Below are positions 1 through 10,939 of a stretch of DNA of 64,000 nucleotides, one piece after another (the first letter of the stretch is position 1; each line of letters begins with the position of its first letter). The DNA comes from an uncultured Gammaproteobacteria bacterium (GTDB lineage: Bacteria; Patescibacteriota; Patescibacteriia; UBA11705; DATKZF01). Position numbers and translations under genes: made by a program. The stretch spans positions 3,097-67,096 of the forward strand of contig CAYPKD010000006.1 in the NCBI GenBank assembly GCA_964411255.1, given 5' to 3'. The notes beneath the pieces were generated by a model. That model ran no database searches. It saw only the letters and a list, made by a program, of their open reading frames with translations, and was not told where the DNA came from.

Positions 1-1053
1 ATTATTTTTCCAATCCCGGCGTTTTACAATTTTATACTTTTTCTTATCTGGATCAATTTCTTTTATTTTTAAAATACGCATAGTGGCTAAATGCACAATT
101 TCTGACGGCAGATCATGCGGATTAAACATGCCTTCTTTTTCAATTACCCGGACAACGCTCGGCGTCAAATAATCGCAGGCATCATATTGAGCAACAATTG
201 GCTTGTTTGATTTTGGATCCTTGCCTTTTTTATTCCAAATCAAAAACATTAATATAAAAACAAAAATTGGCACAAACAAAACATAATTATCTCGTAAAAA
301 ATATCCAAACTTTACAACTGCTGACGGTTCATTTAAATATCCTTTTGGCAGCCAGACTGCAATGGTTAAGTAATTATCATATTCAATTCCGCTTGGACCT
401 GTAAAAGTGACTGTTCGGGTGTTTGCATTATATTCATATGAACATTCTTGTTCTGTTTCCTCAAAATATCCGGTATAACAGACAAAATCCAATTCTTTTT
501 CATCAACATCTTTTGGTAAAATTATTTTTGCACTTGATTTCATAATAGGTACTTCCCAGTCTGTACCAGTAATATTCCAATATAGCTCATCATGGTCATC
601 AAAAAATCTAATACCTCGATTTACATCATAAACAATTTTATATAATTGCTCACCCAGTTCAACATATTTACTTGCGCTACCTATTTTGTATTCAGTAAAT
701 TTACCGCTCTTGGTCTGCGCATAATCCCATGCAGTTCCATCTGACTGATATATACCCTGCTCCTTAATTTTCAAATAATAATTAAAAATACCCCATTTTT
801 TATATTTCAATGGGATATATCGAAAAATGCCATGTTTATAAGTGACATTAAACTGAGTTAAAATATTTTCCTCAACGGAAAAACCAGCGTCTTCATTTAA
901 AATAATAACTGCGTCAAAACTTTTGATAATCCATTCATACTCTCCCATTTCTCTTGCTAATTGGTCGTTTGATTCAATGTCTTGCGCTCCCACAGGCATT
1001 GAGATAAATAAAAAGAGAATTATTAATCCTCCAAATTTGATAATTTTGTTCAT
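1..1053 (-). CDS. DUF2207-like membrane protein, 3' end outside window
   Basis: ATG at 1053; manual translation MNKIIKFGGLIILFLFISMPVGA (signal peptide) ...KHGIFRYIP...DHDELYWNITGTDWEVPI, motifs typical of DUF2207; frame stays open to the window edge. Confidence 0.75.
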   Translation of the reverse strand, partial: MNKIIKFGGLIILFLFISMPVGAQDIESNDQLAREMGEYEWIIKSFDAVIILNEDAGFSVEENILTQFNVTYKHGIFRYIPLKYKKWGIFNYYLKIKEQGIYQSDGTAWDYAQTKSGKFTEYKIGSASKYVELGEQLYKIVYDVNRGIRFFDDHDELYWNITGTDWEVPIMKSSAKIILPKDVDEKELDFVCYTGYFEETEQECSYEYNANTRTVTFTGPSGIEYDNYLTIAVWLPKGYLNEPSAVVKFGYFLRDNYVLFVPIFVFILMFLIWNKKGKDPKSNKPIVAQYDACDYLTPSVVRVIEKEGMFNPHDLPSEIVHLATMRILKIKEIDPDKKKYKIVKRRDWKNN

Positions 1054-1154
1054 ATAAATCACAATCATTTCATTTGGTCATGAGTCTTGGGCACAAAGCA
1101 GCCGGGCTAAGACCAACAACCTATGACCATTACAATATATTTGTTATTTGAAAT

Positions 1155-3128
1155 TTATAATTCTATCTCTTCTCCCTCTGACACATCTTTTTCCGCATTT
1201 TGATTTTGCTTTGGCGGCCGAATAGAAGACGCTGCCTGTTTTTGAATAACATCTGACAGGCTTTTTGCGCTTTTAGGGCCAGGAACAGGTTGGGGTTTTT
1301 CCGCTCTTTTATTACTAAAAGACACCGGCCTTTTCTGCATAGCATCCTGCAGGCTCATAGAAGTTGACGGTGCAGCCGGTTTTTTCTCATAAACCTTTGG
1401 CTTACTCTGTGGTTTTTCATATCTAGATTTTTCAGGTTTTCTATAAGATGGGCGTTTATTGTTTTGATATGATCGACGGGTATATTCTTCTGGCTTTTTA
1501 TCCAATTTTTTTGGCGGTTCGATTCCTTTTGCCTGCATTCTTCTATAATCCTTTAAACATTCTTTACATAAAACAGGTTTATCTGGAGATGGCTTAAAAT
1601 TAATTTTTGTTCGCACTCCGCACCAGTCGCATTTTACAATTAATTCTTCCTTTTTCTCTGCAACCTCAGCCTTTACTTCTTCAATCTCCTCTTCGGCCTC
1701 TTTCAGCTCTTCTGGTGGCATTACTTTTCTCCTTAAACTTTCCAAAAAATTAATTGACTTATCAAATATAGTAGAATCTTTTTCACCTTGTTTTTCTTTT
1801 AATTTTTGTTCTTCACGAATAAGCATTGCCTCAGTTTCAACCCCACTCCAGCGGGCAATTTTTTCTTCAACCACTTCTCTAGATTTCGCATATCTTTCCC
1901 GTGAAACTTTTATAATATTTTCTTCATTTCCAGTATTTTCAGCTCTCGGAGGCAAAGTAGCAGCACTAAACGGATCGGAAGATACTCCGTCAATCATCAA
2001 TTTCAGATATATTTGCCACTTTGGCAAATTAACTAAATCTTCCTCATTAAATTTAGGTGTAAATTCCTTTACCAATTCCTCTGCGTCTGCAGCGCCAACC
2101 CGAAAACAAACAATTGTTCCCACATTGCCAAAAACAGCATCTCGTACTTTTGTAGATGCCCCTGCTAATAATTGACCAATATATTGATGGGCAATTATCA
2201 AATTTAAACGATATTTTCTAGCCTCTGATAAAATTCCAGCAAAAGCTTCTGTAGCAAAATTCTGAAACTCATCAACATATAAATAAAAATCTTTTCTTTC
2301 TTTTTCAGCAATATCAACCCTTGACATGGCTGCCAGCTGAATTTTTGTAATTATCATTGCGCCCAACAGGCTTGAAGCATCTTCTCCAATTCTACCCTTT
2401 GACAAATTCAGCAGTAAGATCTTTTTTCCATCCATAATCTCTCGCATATTAATTGTTGATTTTACCTGACCTACAATATTTCTGATCAATGATGTTGACA
2501 AAAACTGCCCCACTTTATTCTGAATCGGAGCAATTGCCTCAGTTAAAAATTGCTGATTGTATTTTGTAAATTCATCCAGCCAAAAAGCTTTTACCACTGG
2601 ATCTTGAATCTTAGCCACAACTTTTTTCCTGTATTCTTTGTCAACCAAAACTCTGTTAACTCCAAGCAAAGTACTGTCTGGATAATCTAAAAGGGCTAAA
2701 ATAGCATTTCTTAATAAATATTCCAATCGAGGCCCCCAGCTGTCAGCCCAGATTTTTTTAAATACGCCGACCAGGCCAGAAGCAATCAGATGCCTGTATT
2801 TTGGATCAACTTTTTCCAAAACATTAAAAGCAATCGGGTAATCGATATCAGCTGGATTAAAATATATAACATCATTCATTCTGTTTGCTGGAATAAACTT
2901 TAAAACATCCTCAACTAAATCTCCATGAGGATCGACCACTGCCACTCCTTTACCAGTCATAATATCATGATAAATAAGATTTTCTAAAAACACTGATTTG
3001 CCCATGCCAGTTTTACCAATAACATAAGTATGACGCCGCCTGTCATCTGTTTTAATACCAAAACGCCGCCTTTCATTTCGAAAGTTGGTTTCTGCAAAAA
3101 CTGCAATGTCTGGGTTAACGTTGGACAT
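1155..3128 (-). CDS. VirD4/TraD-like (type IV secretion coupling / HerA-FtsK superfamily) ATPase with C-terminal CxxC..CxxC zinc ribbon and low-complexity tail
   Basis: Walker A GKTGMGKS, VDPHGD, Walker B LYVDEFQNF, SEARKY, AHQY; CDWC...CKEC. Confidence 0.85.
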   Translation of the reverse strand: MSNVNPDIAVFAETNFRNERRRFGIKTDDRRRHTYVIGKTGMGKSVFLENLIYHDIMTGKGVAVVDPHGDLVEDVLKFIPANRMNDVIYFNPADIDYPIAFNVLEKVDPKYRHLIASGLVGVFKKIWADSWGPRLEYLLRNAILALLDYPDSTLLGVNRVLVDKEYRKKVVAKIQDPVVKAFWLDEFTKYNQQFLTEAIAPIQNKVGQFLSTSLIRNIVGQVKSTINMREIMDGKKILLLNLSKGRIGEDASSLLGAMIITKIQLAAMSRVDIAEKERKDFYLYVDEFQNFATEAFAGILSEARKYRLNLIIAHQYIGQLLAGASTKVRDAVFGNVGTIVCFRVGAADAEELVKEFTPKFNEEDLVNLPKWQIYLKLMIDGVSSDPFSAATLPPRAENTGNEENIIKVSRERYAKSREVVEEKIARWSGVETEAMLIREEQKLKEKQGEKDSTIFDKSINFLESLRRKVMPPEELKEAEEEIEEVKAEVAEKKEELIVKCDWCGVRTKINFKPSPDKPVLCKECLKDYRRMQAKGIEPPKKLDKKPEEYTRRSYQNNKRPSYRKPEKSRYEKPQSKPKVYEKKPAAPSTSMSLQDAMQKRPVSFSNKRAEKPQPVPGPKSAKSLSDVIQKQAASSIRPPKQNQNAEKDVSEGEEIEL

Positions 3129-3156
3129 AATTAATTAATATTACAAAGTTATAACA

Positions 3157-4719
3157 TTAGACAAATGGTAAATTATCAGGAATATCTTTTTTTGGGTTTT
3201 CTTCCTCTGTTTCACTTTCTTCTTCCATCTCATCTTTCAAATCATACTTTTCTTTAATATATTTTTTTCTTGACTGTGTAGTTTGGCCTGTCTTGTCTTT
3301 TGCAAATCTTTTTTCAAAATCATCAGTATCAAAATCAATCACTGGTTCTGGAACTTTCTCTTCTTTTGCTTCTTCTTTTATCGGAGCTCCAAGGACTGGC
3401 TGTTCCTCTGTCTTCTCTGTTGGCAAACCAATTGGCGCACTGCCTTTTTTACTTGCAATTTTCTGAACTAAAGGAGCCTTTACCTCAATGTCTGGGAAAT
3501 GATACAAACTGGCTAATTCTTCAATATTCAGATAAAAAGGATCTCCATACGAATCCAAAGATCTGCCTTTATAATATTTCAAGATCTGATTTTGTTTTCT
3601 GGCTAATCTCTTTTTTGCGCTAAAGTATGCTGCCACTGTCTTGGTTTTGGGATGCGGCTTCATCGCATTTAAATCTTCGGTATTAAACTGTTTTATCGCT
3701 CCAAACATACCAGATACGCCAAGACCTTTTTTCATTACCTCCTTTTTTGATAAGTAAATGAAACGCATTTTTGTTCTGTATCCAATTTTACTGATTTTTC
3801 TTCCTATGCCGTCTACCTCTGCTTTTTGATGAGGTGGCAAATAGGCAAGCATATTGTTCTCTGATTTCACATCATCGGCACTTGCCTGGCCGCCGCCAAC
3901 TAACTGCTCTTTAGCCATAGTTGCAAATTCAAGCGGCGCTTCAAATATTTTTTGCGTTTTTGATTTTTTTACCTTTTCCGGAATGCCTAAAATCTTATTT
4001 AATGCCTTCACGCCTTCATCTTTCCAATCTTTTCCCAAAACAGGAATAATTACAATCTGAAACCATATCTGTTCGCCTTTGCCTATTTTGTTCATTATTT
4101 CAAGCATAGCAGCCATTGGATCTTTAAATTCCTGAGAAAGTGAATGTTCAAATTCTACATAAGTTCTAATTGGAAAATAATAAGGTCGAACTAAAGTAAT
4201 ATCTGAACCCCAAAGGCCATACTCTTCGTTTGGAAAAGTAATATCAGCAGCACTGGCATAATCATTAACCTCAGTAATTTCAGCATCTGGATATTGTGCG
4301 TAAATTGCGGCTTCTGCTAATTCACGGAATTTAACCGGTGTTCTGATTAAAAACTGTACAAAACCGTCAATACTTACAATTTCGCAACTAAATCCAACCT
4401 GGAAATAACCATCGATGAGTTTTTCCTTTAAATTTGGTTCACCATGAGCTCCAGCCAAAGCAGCAAATATATTTTCCACTGCTTTTGGACTTTGAATATT
4501 TTGTTTTGGAATATCGATCGCTAACAGTACATATGACTGCTTGGAAGCAAATATATTGCTACGCCAAAACATCCACAGCATGCCAAGGCCCCAAAGTAAA
4601 ATAATTAAAAAAACAATCCAGCCACCTTTTGAGAACAAAATCCAAAACGCTTCATATAGCGGGACCTGTCCTAATTGCTGGAGAAAGCTTAAATCAATTT
4701 CAAATCCAGTGAATTCCAT
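3157..4719 (-). CDS. Conserved membrane-anchored protein co-oriented upstream of the VirD4-like ATPase
   Basis: 520-aa ORF with N-terminal TM segment, IYAQYPDAEI and ELASLYHFP motifs; 28-nt gap to the ATPase gene. Confidence 0.75.
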   Translation of the reverse strand: MEFTGFEIDLSFLQQLGQVPLYEAFWILFSKGGWIVFLIILLWGLGMLWMFWRSNIFASKQSYVLLAIDIPKQNIQSPKAVENIFAALAGAHGEPNLKEKLIDGYFQVGFSCEIVSIDGFVQFLIRTPVKFRELAEAAIYAQYPDAEITEVNDYASAADITFPNEEYGLWGSDITLVRPYYFPIRTYVEFEHSLSQEFKDPMAAMLEIMNKIGKGEQIWFQIVIIPVLGKDWKDEGVKALNKILGIPEKVKKSKTQKIFEAPLEFATMAKEQLVGGGQASADDVKSENNMLAYLPPHQKAEVDGIGRKISKIGYRTKMRFIYLSKKEVMKKGLGVSGMFGAIKQFNTEDLNAMKPHPKTKTVAAYFSAKKRLARKQNQILKYYKGRSLDSYGDPFYLNIEELASLYHFPDIEVKAPLVQKIASKKGSAPIGLPTEKTEEQPVLGAPIKEEAKEEKVPEPVIDFDTDDFEKRFAKDKTGQTTQSRKKYIKEKYDLKDEMEEESETEEENPKKDIPDNLPFV

Positions 4720-4845
4720 AAATTCATGTTTGATATTATTATACCATATTATTTATTATTAAGAAAAATTAAAGTTGATATATTCAAGTGCTTTGATAAT
4801 AAAAAAGCAGCAAATTACATTTAATTTACCGCTAAAGTTTTTCTA

Positions 4846-5901
4846 CTAATTAGAAATTTCCATGGTGTAAAGATGTCTGCCAATTATTCCATAATATAAC
4901 AACTTTTCATCTAAATAAAATACTGGACTAACATATTCAAATCCTGGCATTTCAACTTCATTAACGACCCAACATATTTGATTATGCCGGCTTGTTTTAC
5001 CAACATAACATACCATTCCTGGCAATTCAGTATAATGAGCTCTATATGAATTATTAGCAGATAATGGACTTCTTTCTATTCGCATAGTCTGATGTTCCTC
5101 ACTAAATAGATAATATGTACCCTGATTAAGAACTACCAATCCCTTACTAGACATGAACATACGCAATCTGCCTTGAAACATACCAAGATTCACCAGATTC
5201 TCCGGATTATTTATATAAGACATATACATTATCGGGAGATTATGGTCTTGCATCACACAAATAACACTCTTATCATTCGTTTCAAATATACCCCTCAATG
5301 AATACGGGTATTGCGCAACCAATTCTCCATTATTTCTGAAAATCTTGCCAGCGCTAATATGCATAATACTTCCATCACTAAGTAAAGTTACTCCTAAATA
5401 TGCACTTGCCTCAAGTCGCTTTTCATCACCATAAAAAATTTTATCATCGGGCATATCCTTATAATCACCTTTATCTTTTAGATACGAAATATAAGTAACA
5501 GGCTTTCCAGAATTAGCAAATCCAAGCAACTGCACAACACTAATGAATCCCTCAAAATCATCACACAAATCATATTGGTCTTGCCCACAGAGAAGCACAT
5601 TTTTAATTTTGTCTTGATATCTAATTTTTATAATAATGCATGGCCTTCCATCAGGAGTAACAGACAAATCAATTATTTTAAAGTGAAATCCCAATGGGTC
5701 TTCACGCCATCCTTTTGGTGTATTAGCCAATTTTGTTGGCAGTCTTCTACTTTCTACACACAAATCAGGTAAAATAGGACCTGCCGGATGTTTTGCAAAG
5801 CGATCAACCTGATCTTCGGTTATTGGATGTCTCCCAACCATTTGATGAAGCAACCATACTGCCTTTTTCAAATCCGGTCGGTGAGAACCTGCTTCGTGCA
5901 T
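4846..5901 (-). CDS. Hypothetical protein (beta-rich C-terminal half)
   Basis: 351-aa ORF, SD AGGAGGG before ATG, own promoter and terminator. Confidence 0.7.
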   Translation of the reverse strand: MHEAGSHRPDLKKAVWLLHQMVGRHPITEDQVDRFAKHPAGPILPDLCVESRRLPTKLANTPKGWREDPLGFHFKIIDLSVTPDGRPCIIIKIRYQDKIKNVLLCGQDQYDLCDDFEGFISVVQLLGFANSGKPVTYISYLKDKGDYKDMPDDKIFYGDEKRLEASAYLGVTLLSDGSIMHISAGKIFRNNGELVAQYPYSLRGIFETNDKSVICVMQDHNLPIMYMSYINNPENLVNLGMFQGRLRMFMSSKGLVVLNQGTYYLFSEEHQTMRIERSPLSANNSYRAHYTELPGMVCYVGKTSRHNQICWVVNEVEMPGFEYVSPVFYLDEKLLYYGIIGRHLYTMEISN

Positions 5902-6159
5902 TTTTCTGCCCTCCTGCTCCTGACCAATACTACACCAGCTTAAGCACTATTTGCTGACACTGGCCACTTGTATTGTTTAGGAGCGTATAAACCAGGCCCC
6001 ATGCCCAGTATCATATTATATTAACAGCAAACTTTAACGGTGTCAATTGTAAGGAACAGTAATTTGTTATTTAGATAAATTGCTGACTAATTTACCAACG
6101 ATACTAAAATACAAAAAAAATCCGGACTTCGTACCCGGATTTTTTTATTGTATATTTAA

Positions 6160-7281
6160 TTACGCTTTTAATCCAAATTTTCCATTTTCTACTTTGATAA
6201 ATTTTTCTTTATTTATCAATGAAAGATAAATAGTAGATTTATTAACAACTCTTTGCTTTAATACCTGCTCATAAATTGCATCTTTTTCCATTGGACCGCT
6301 TTCTGTCAAAATCTTTTCTATCACATCAGCTACAGTGCCTTTTTCATAACCCCAGTCTTTTAAAGCATAAATGCCTCGTCCGACTAAAGTATAATCTTTA
6401 TTGGCAATTAATTCATTATGAACAGTAGCTGCGCAAATTTTCTTTTTATCAAAACCAGCTTCATTAATCTGATCAGCAACATTTGTAAAGTGAAGAGGTT
6501 TTTTATAATTCTGAAATATCAAAAATATTTTATCTGATAATTTTTTAGGTCTAATTTCTGGCCAATTACTTAAACCCCACTGATCTAAAATATTTTTGTT
6601 TACCTTTTTGCTTAGATTTAAGTAATTCTGTAAAAGGTTAGATAATTCTAAATCATCGTGAGATTGAAGGAATGAATCATAATGGTTCATTTTTGACTTT
6701 ACTAAATCATGGCTAGTTAAAAAACTCATTATATCCTCAGATGAATGTGGTTTCTTTTTTTCATCTAAATATGATGCTAAAGATTCAACCAGCTCCATAA
6801 TATGATCAGTATCAAGGTTTGCTTTCACCCAATGACTGTAAAAATCAGAATTTTCTGAATTTTTCTCAACAATGTCAACTAATTGATCTAAGATAAATAA
6901 AACGGCATTTTGATTATAATCCTGCAGGTCTAATTGTTCTACAAAATTTTCAATCAAATGATCCTCTAATACAGCGCCGCCATTTCGATCAAGATATACT
7001 GAAACATCATCTGAAATTAATTTTAGTAAATCTTTTTCACTTTCAAGAGCTTTTAGTAATTTTTTAACTCCTTCATTTTCAATTTGACGTACTCTTTCTC
7101 TTGTGATGTTATATTCATCACCGATTTCCTTTAATGTTTCTTTTTTTGAGAGCTCTTGTAATAGTTGATTTCTCCGAATCAAAACATCCTTTTCCCGACT
7201 TGGTAATTCGGAGAAAAGATTATCTAGTAATTGTCTTACTGCTTGCTTATTTTGTACATTGTAGTTGATCATAAAGTTCAT
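6160..7281 (-). CDS. Sigma-70 region-4 HTH plus HARE-HTH/RNA polymerase delta-like domain protein
   Basis: TLKEIGDEYNITRERVRQIE (sigma region 4); C-terminal PLHFTNVAD..ATVHNELI..LVGRGIYAL; true start may be 7272. Confidence 0.75.
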   Translation of the reverse strand: MNFMINYNVQNKQAVRQLLDNLFSELPSREKDVLIRRNQLLQELSKKETLKEIGDEYNITRERVRQIENEGVKKLLKALESEKDLLKLISDDVSVYLDRNGGAVLEDHLIENFVEQLDLQDYNQNAVLFILDQLVDIVEKNSENSDFYSHWVKANLDTDHIMELVESLASYLDEKKKPHSSEDIMSFLTSHDLVKSKMNHYDSFLQSHDDLELSNLLQNYLNLSKKVNKNILDQWGLSNWPEIRPKKLSDKIFLIFQNYKKPLHFTNVADQINEAGFDKKKICAATVHNELIANKDYTLVGRGIYALKDWGYEKGTVADVIEKILTESGPMEKDAIYEQVLKQRVVNKSTIYLSLINKEKFIKVENGKFGLKA

Positions 7282-7529
7282 TATGTGTCGGACAAGCTCA
7301 ACTACTAATTTTACTTATTTATTAGATGATGTTTATACCATATCACCTTTCCTGAAACCTGTCAAGAAAAATTGTAAACTTCAGGTAAATTTGGTGATAT
7401 TTACCTTATTTAAGGCAAAAATTTGATATATTTATGTTAAGACTTCATCTTACCAATAATTTTTATATATGTCAATAATGTCTTCTAGATATATAAAAAA
7501 GACGGACTAAGTTTAGTCCGCCTGCGTTC

Positions 7530-9062
7530 TTATGCCTTGATAGTCATAATCGGCCGTACTTTTACAACCGAGGCTGCAATATCAGCTACATTTAAAGTTT
7601 CAATTATTGGTCCAATACCTTTATAGGCAAAAGGCGCTTCTTTTTTAAGTTCTGCCAGCCTCTTTTTAACAATATCCTTTCTAAGTGCAATCGCCGGGTC
7701 TTTTAGATTAACCGGCATAACGATCTGAAATTCACCTAGAAATTCCTGAAAATCTTCTTCGCTGACGCCAAGAGCCTGGCCGCACGAAAGCTTTCTGCCA
7801 GCGCCATGGCTGGCGCTAGACATTGAATCAGCAAAGCCAAGGCCACGGAGAATAAAACTGGAAGAACCCATTGATCCAGGAACTAAAACAGGTTCGCCAT
7901 AATAACGAAAAGGCGTTCCAACCATCGCCTCCATGTTTCTGGCCGGAGTTGCGCCTTTGCGATGAACAAATACTTGTTCGTTGTCAACTTCCTCTTTCCA
8001 AACCATGTTGTGAGGTGCGTCATAAAGAAGCTCATAGCTGGCTTCTCCGTAAACGCGTCGCAGTCCTTCATAGGCCATCAAAGAAAGAAACATGCGATTA
8101 GCAAAGGCAAAATTGGCAGCATTATAAATAGCATTCATGATTTTTTGAGCAGAAGCAGCATTAGCGCCAGCAAAGGAAATAGGGAAAATGCCATTGTCTG
8201 GATGCGTCAAATCTGGCGGAAAAACTTTTCCAAGCTCGTTTCTTATCTTAATCCCTGCATGATGGCCGAGCATGACAGACCCTGCATGGATCATGACAAC
8301 CACCTGACCCTGGCGGATTCCCCATGCATGGGCAGTGGATCTATCGATAATTTTTTCAACTACCTGCAGCTCAACAAAATGATTACCGCCTCCGATTGAA
8401 CCGATTTGATTGTCACGTGACAATTCATTTTCTCGTCCCAGAAAATCTTCAAGCCCATGAGTAAATTCAGCATCAAGGGAGCCAAGAGAATGGATTCTCT
8501 CCAAAGTGCTCATACTGACCAAATCATGGAAATGAGCCCATAAGCCCTGTCGTTGCGTTTTGGGAACTGCTTCAATAAGACCTAAAAGTCCATTCAGGAA
8601 AAGGCTTTCCCTTTGATGTCTGGTCATTGGAATGTCTCTACCGCCTTCAAAAAAAATCTTTCTGAAGACTGCTTCTAATTTATCCCTTTTAGCCATGACC
8701 GTATCATAGTCTAAATCTGTCAAATGAAGCCTCATGCCACAATTAACATCATTACCAATGGCCTGAGGCACGAAAAAACCCTTGGTGGCTAAAACAGTGC
8801 CGATAGGAATCCCAGCGCCTTTATGAAAGTCAGGGCAGACAGCAATTTTTACGATTGCTGAATCATCAACGTCAAAAAAGTCACTTTTCGCAGCCTTTAT
8901 TCTTTCAACAGTATGGGCCAGCTCCATCAGGGAAATAAGCTCATCTACTGCACTTTGTTCAAGGTGAACTTTATCATTGGCAAAAACAGTTGCATCAATA
9001 CCTAGATCATTCAGAATTTTTAACGAAAACTCGCTTATTCTCTTAACATTTCGTAGTTTCAT
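7530..9062 (-). CDS. rtcB: RtcB family RNA 3'-phosphate/5'-OH ligase
   Basis: DFHKGAGIPIG, GNDVNCG, GSIGGGNHF, HAGS, HN, HRKGA, PGSMG, SHGAGR, EAP.AYK motifs. Confidence 0.9.
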   Translation of the reverse strand: MKLRNVKRISEFSLKILNDLGIDATVFANDKVHLEQSAVDELISLMELAHTVERIKAAKSDFFDVDDSAIVKIAVCPDFHKGAGIPIGTVLATKGFFVPQAIGNDVNCGMRLHLTDLDYDTVMAKRDKLEAVFRKIFFEGGRDIPMTRHQRESLFLNGLLGLIEAVPKTQRQGLWAHFHDLVSMSTLERIHSLGSLDAEFTHGLEDFLGRENELSRDNQIGSIGGGNHFVELQVVEKIIDRSTAHAWGIRQGQVVVMIHAGSVMLGHHAGIKIRNELGKVFPPDLTHPDNGIFPISFAGANAASAQKIMNAIYNAANFAFANRMFLSLMAYEGLRRVYGEASYELLYDAPHNMVWKEEVDNEQVFVHRKGATPARNMEAMVGTPFRYYGEPVLVPGSMGSSSFILRGLGFADSMSSASHGAGRKLSCGQALGVSEEDFQEFLGEFQIVMPVNLKDPAIALRKDIVKKRLAELKKEAPFAYKGIGPIIETLNVADIAASVVKVRPIMTIKA

Positions 9063-9138
9063 CTTATACCTGCCTTTCGAATAAAAAAACTATGCTGATA
9101 AATATTTATAGCATAATTTTTTATTTATGTAAAGATGA

Positions 9139-9849
9139 CTAAATTATCATTTTCTTAAAATTCTTCAAAATTTTCCTTGGATCATTCGCCTCTTTTGCAT
9201 TATTAATAATATTATTAATTTCCTCTTCTTTTGCATAGCCTTTTTTATAATAAAACTTTAATCTGTCAACTAATCCCTGTTTGTCTAATTCTGGATGAAA
9301 TTGAAAAACATAAAACTTTTTACCTGGAAAAGTAAGCGCCTGCACTGGACATCGCTCTGATGATGCCTGTACAATTGCATTTTCTGGCACGCGAGTGACA
9401 CAATCCATATGACCAATTACTGCATAAAACGGATTAAGTATGCCTTCGTAAATTGGATCATTTTTTGCTTCTTCAGACAAAGTAACCAAGTAACTGCCCG
9501 CTTCTTTATTTTCTGGCATATATTTAACTTCACCGCCAAAGGCCATTGCAGCCAGCTGAATGCCAAAACAAACACCTATTAATGGAATATTTTTATCATA
9601 ACAATGTCTAATTAATCTATAGATATCATCTAAAAACGGCATTTGGTCTTCATCATAAACAGCAAATTCTCCAGTACCACCAAGAATCACCGCATCATAT
9701 ATATCTGTAATTTTTGCATCAATTTTATTTTCTTTGAACATATCATAAGCAATCAGCTCTTCAGGTTTAAGATCCATTTCTTTAATAAAACAATTATATT
9801 CATGTTCTATCATTTTATCTTTTCTACTTTGTATTAATAATATTTTCAT
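9139..9849 (-). CDS. Class I glutamine amidotransferase (GMP synthase GATase-like)
   Basis: GVCFGIQ nucleophile elbow, QFHPE; likely start MKILLIQ at 9849. Confidence 0.85.
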   Translation of the reverse strand: MKILLIQSRKDKMIEHEYNCFIKEMDLKPEELIAYDMFKENKIDAKITDIYDAVILGGTGEFAVYDEDQMPFLDDIYRLIRHCYDKNIPLIGVCFGIQLAAMAFGGEVKYMPENKEAGSYLVTLSEEAKNDPIYEGILNPFYAVIGHMDCVTRVPENAIVQASSERCPVQALTFPGKKFYVFQFHPELDKQGLVDRLKFYYKKGYAKEEEINNIINNAKEANDPRKILKNFKKMII

Positions 9850-9928
9850 AATTTTTATTACAAGATTGTAACAATTATCTAATAAAAAATAGCCATTCAA
9901 GCTATTACAAAAACAATATTTTATTAAT

Positions 9929-10846
9929 TTACTCTCTCATTTTTTTACTTATTCTTTTCCAGACAACAAGTAAAGGACTGGCAATAAATATTGATGAATA
10001 TGTTCCTAAAATTACTCCGATTAGCAACGCAAGTACAAAAAACTTAATTGATGCACCGCCAAATAGGAAAATTACAAACAAAATTAATAATGTTGTAATT
10101 GAGGTATTCATTGAACGTACCAAAGTCTGATTAACACTCCGATTTACCAAATCCTCAAAATTGCCCTTGCCGTGTTTTGCCAAATTTTCCCTCACCCGGT
10201 CAAACACCACAATCGTATCATTTACTGAATAACCTAAAATGGTAAGCAATGCTGCCACAAAAGGCAAACCAACCTCTAAATTCATAAACCTACCCAAAAC
10301 AGCGAATACTCCAATGGTGATTATTATATCGTGAAATAAAGCAATAATTGCGATTACTCCATATTTCCAGGAAGCAATCGGCCAAGAAACCTTTCTAAAA
10401 GCCCAGGCAATATATAAGACAATAGCAATTAAAACTAAAACGACTGAAACAATTGCTTTTTTCTTAAGTTCAGCGCCAATGGCCGGGCCAATTGACTCAA
10501 ATCTCATTTCTTCAAGATTTTGCTCTTGTTCAGTATTAAAAGATTCTTTTAACTTTTCAACAACTTTCTGATGCGTTTCTTCATCATCAGGTTTCATGCG
10601 GATAATCATTCCATCTTCGCCAGTTGGCTGAACCACTATATCGCCATCCAATTCTAATTCTGCTACTTTATTTTTTATTTCGTCAGAAGTCGGCACATTC
10701 TGATGAAACTTCACCTCTAATAAACTACCGCCAGTAAAATCAATCGCCGGCCTTAATCCCCAAGCAATCATACTTAAAACACTCAGTACAATTAATGTGC
10801 TGCTTATTGTAAACCACAATTTTCTTTTTGGGATAATACTCTTCAT
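9929..10846 (-). CDS. secF: Protein translocase subunit SecF
   Basis: IDFTGGS, IGPAIGAEL, HD, GYSVNDTIVVFDRVRE, GTYSSIFIA. Confidence 0.97.
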   Translation of the reverse strand: MKSIIPKRKLWFTISSTLIVLSVLSMIAWGLRPAIDFTGGSLLEVKFHQNVPTSDEIKNKVAELELDGDIVVQPTGEDGMIIRMKPDDEETHQKVVEKLKESFNTEQEQNLEEMRFESIGPAIGAELKKKAIVSVVLVLIAIVLYIAWAFRKVSWPIASWKYGVIAIIALFHDIIITIGVFAVLGRFMNLEVGLPFVAALLTILGYSVNDTIVVFDRVRENLAKHGKGNFEDLVNRSVNQTLVRSMNTSITTLLILFVIFLFGGASIKFFVLALLIGVILGTYSSIFIASPLLVVWKRISKKMRE

Positions 10847-10939
10847 ATTGTAAAAACTGATTAACAGATTAAAAACGGATTAAACAGATACTAATTTATT
10901 TTCCGTTGTATCCGTTGACGATCTGTTGATCCGTTTGAT

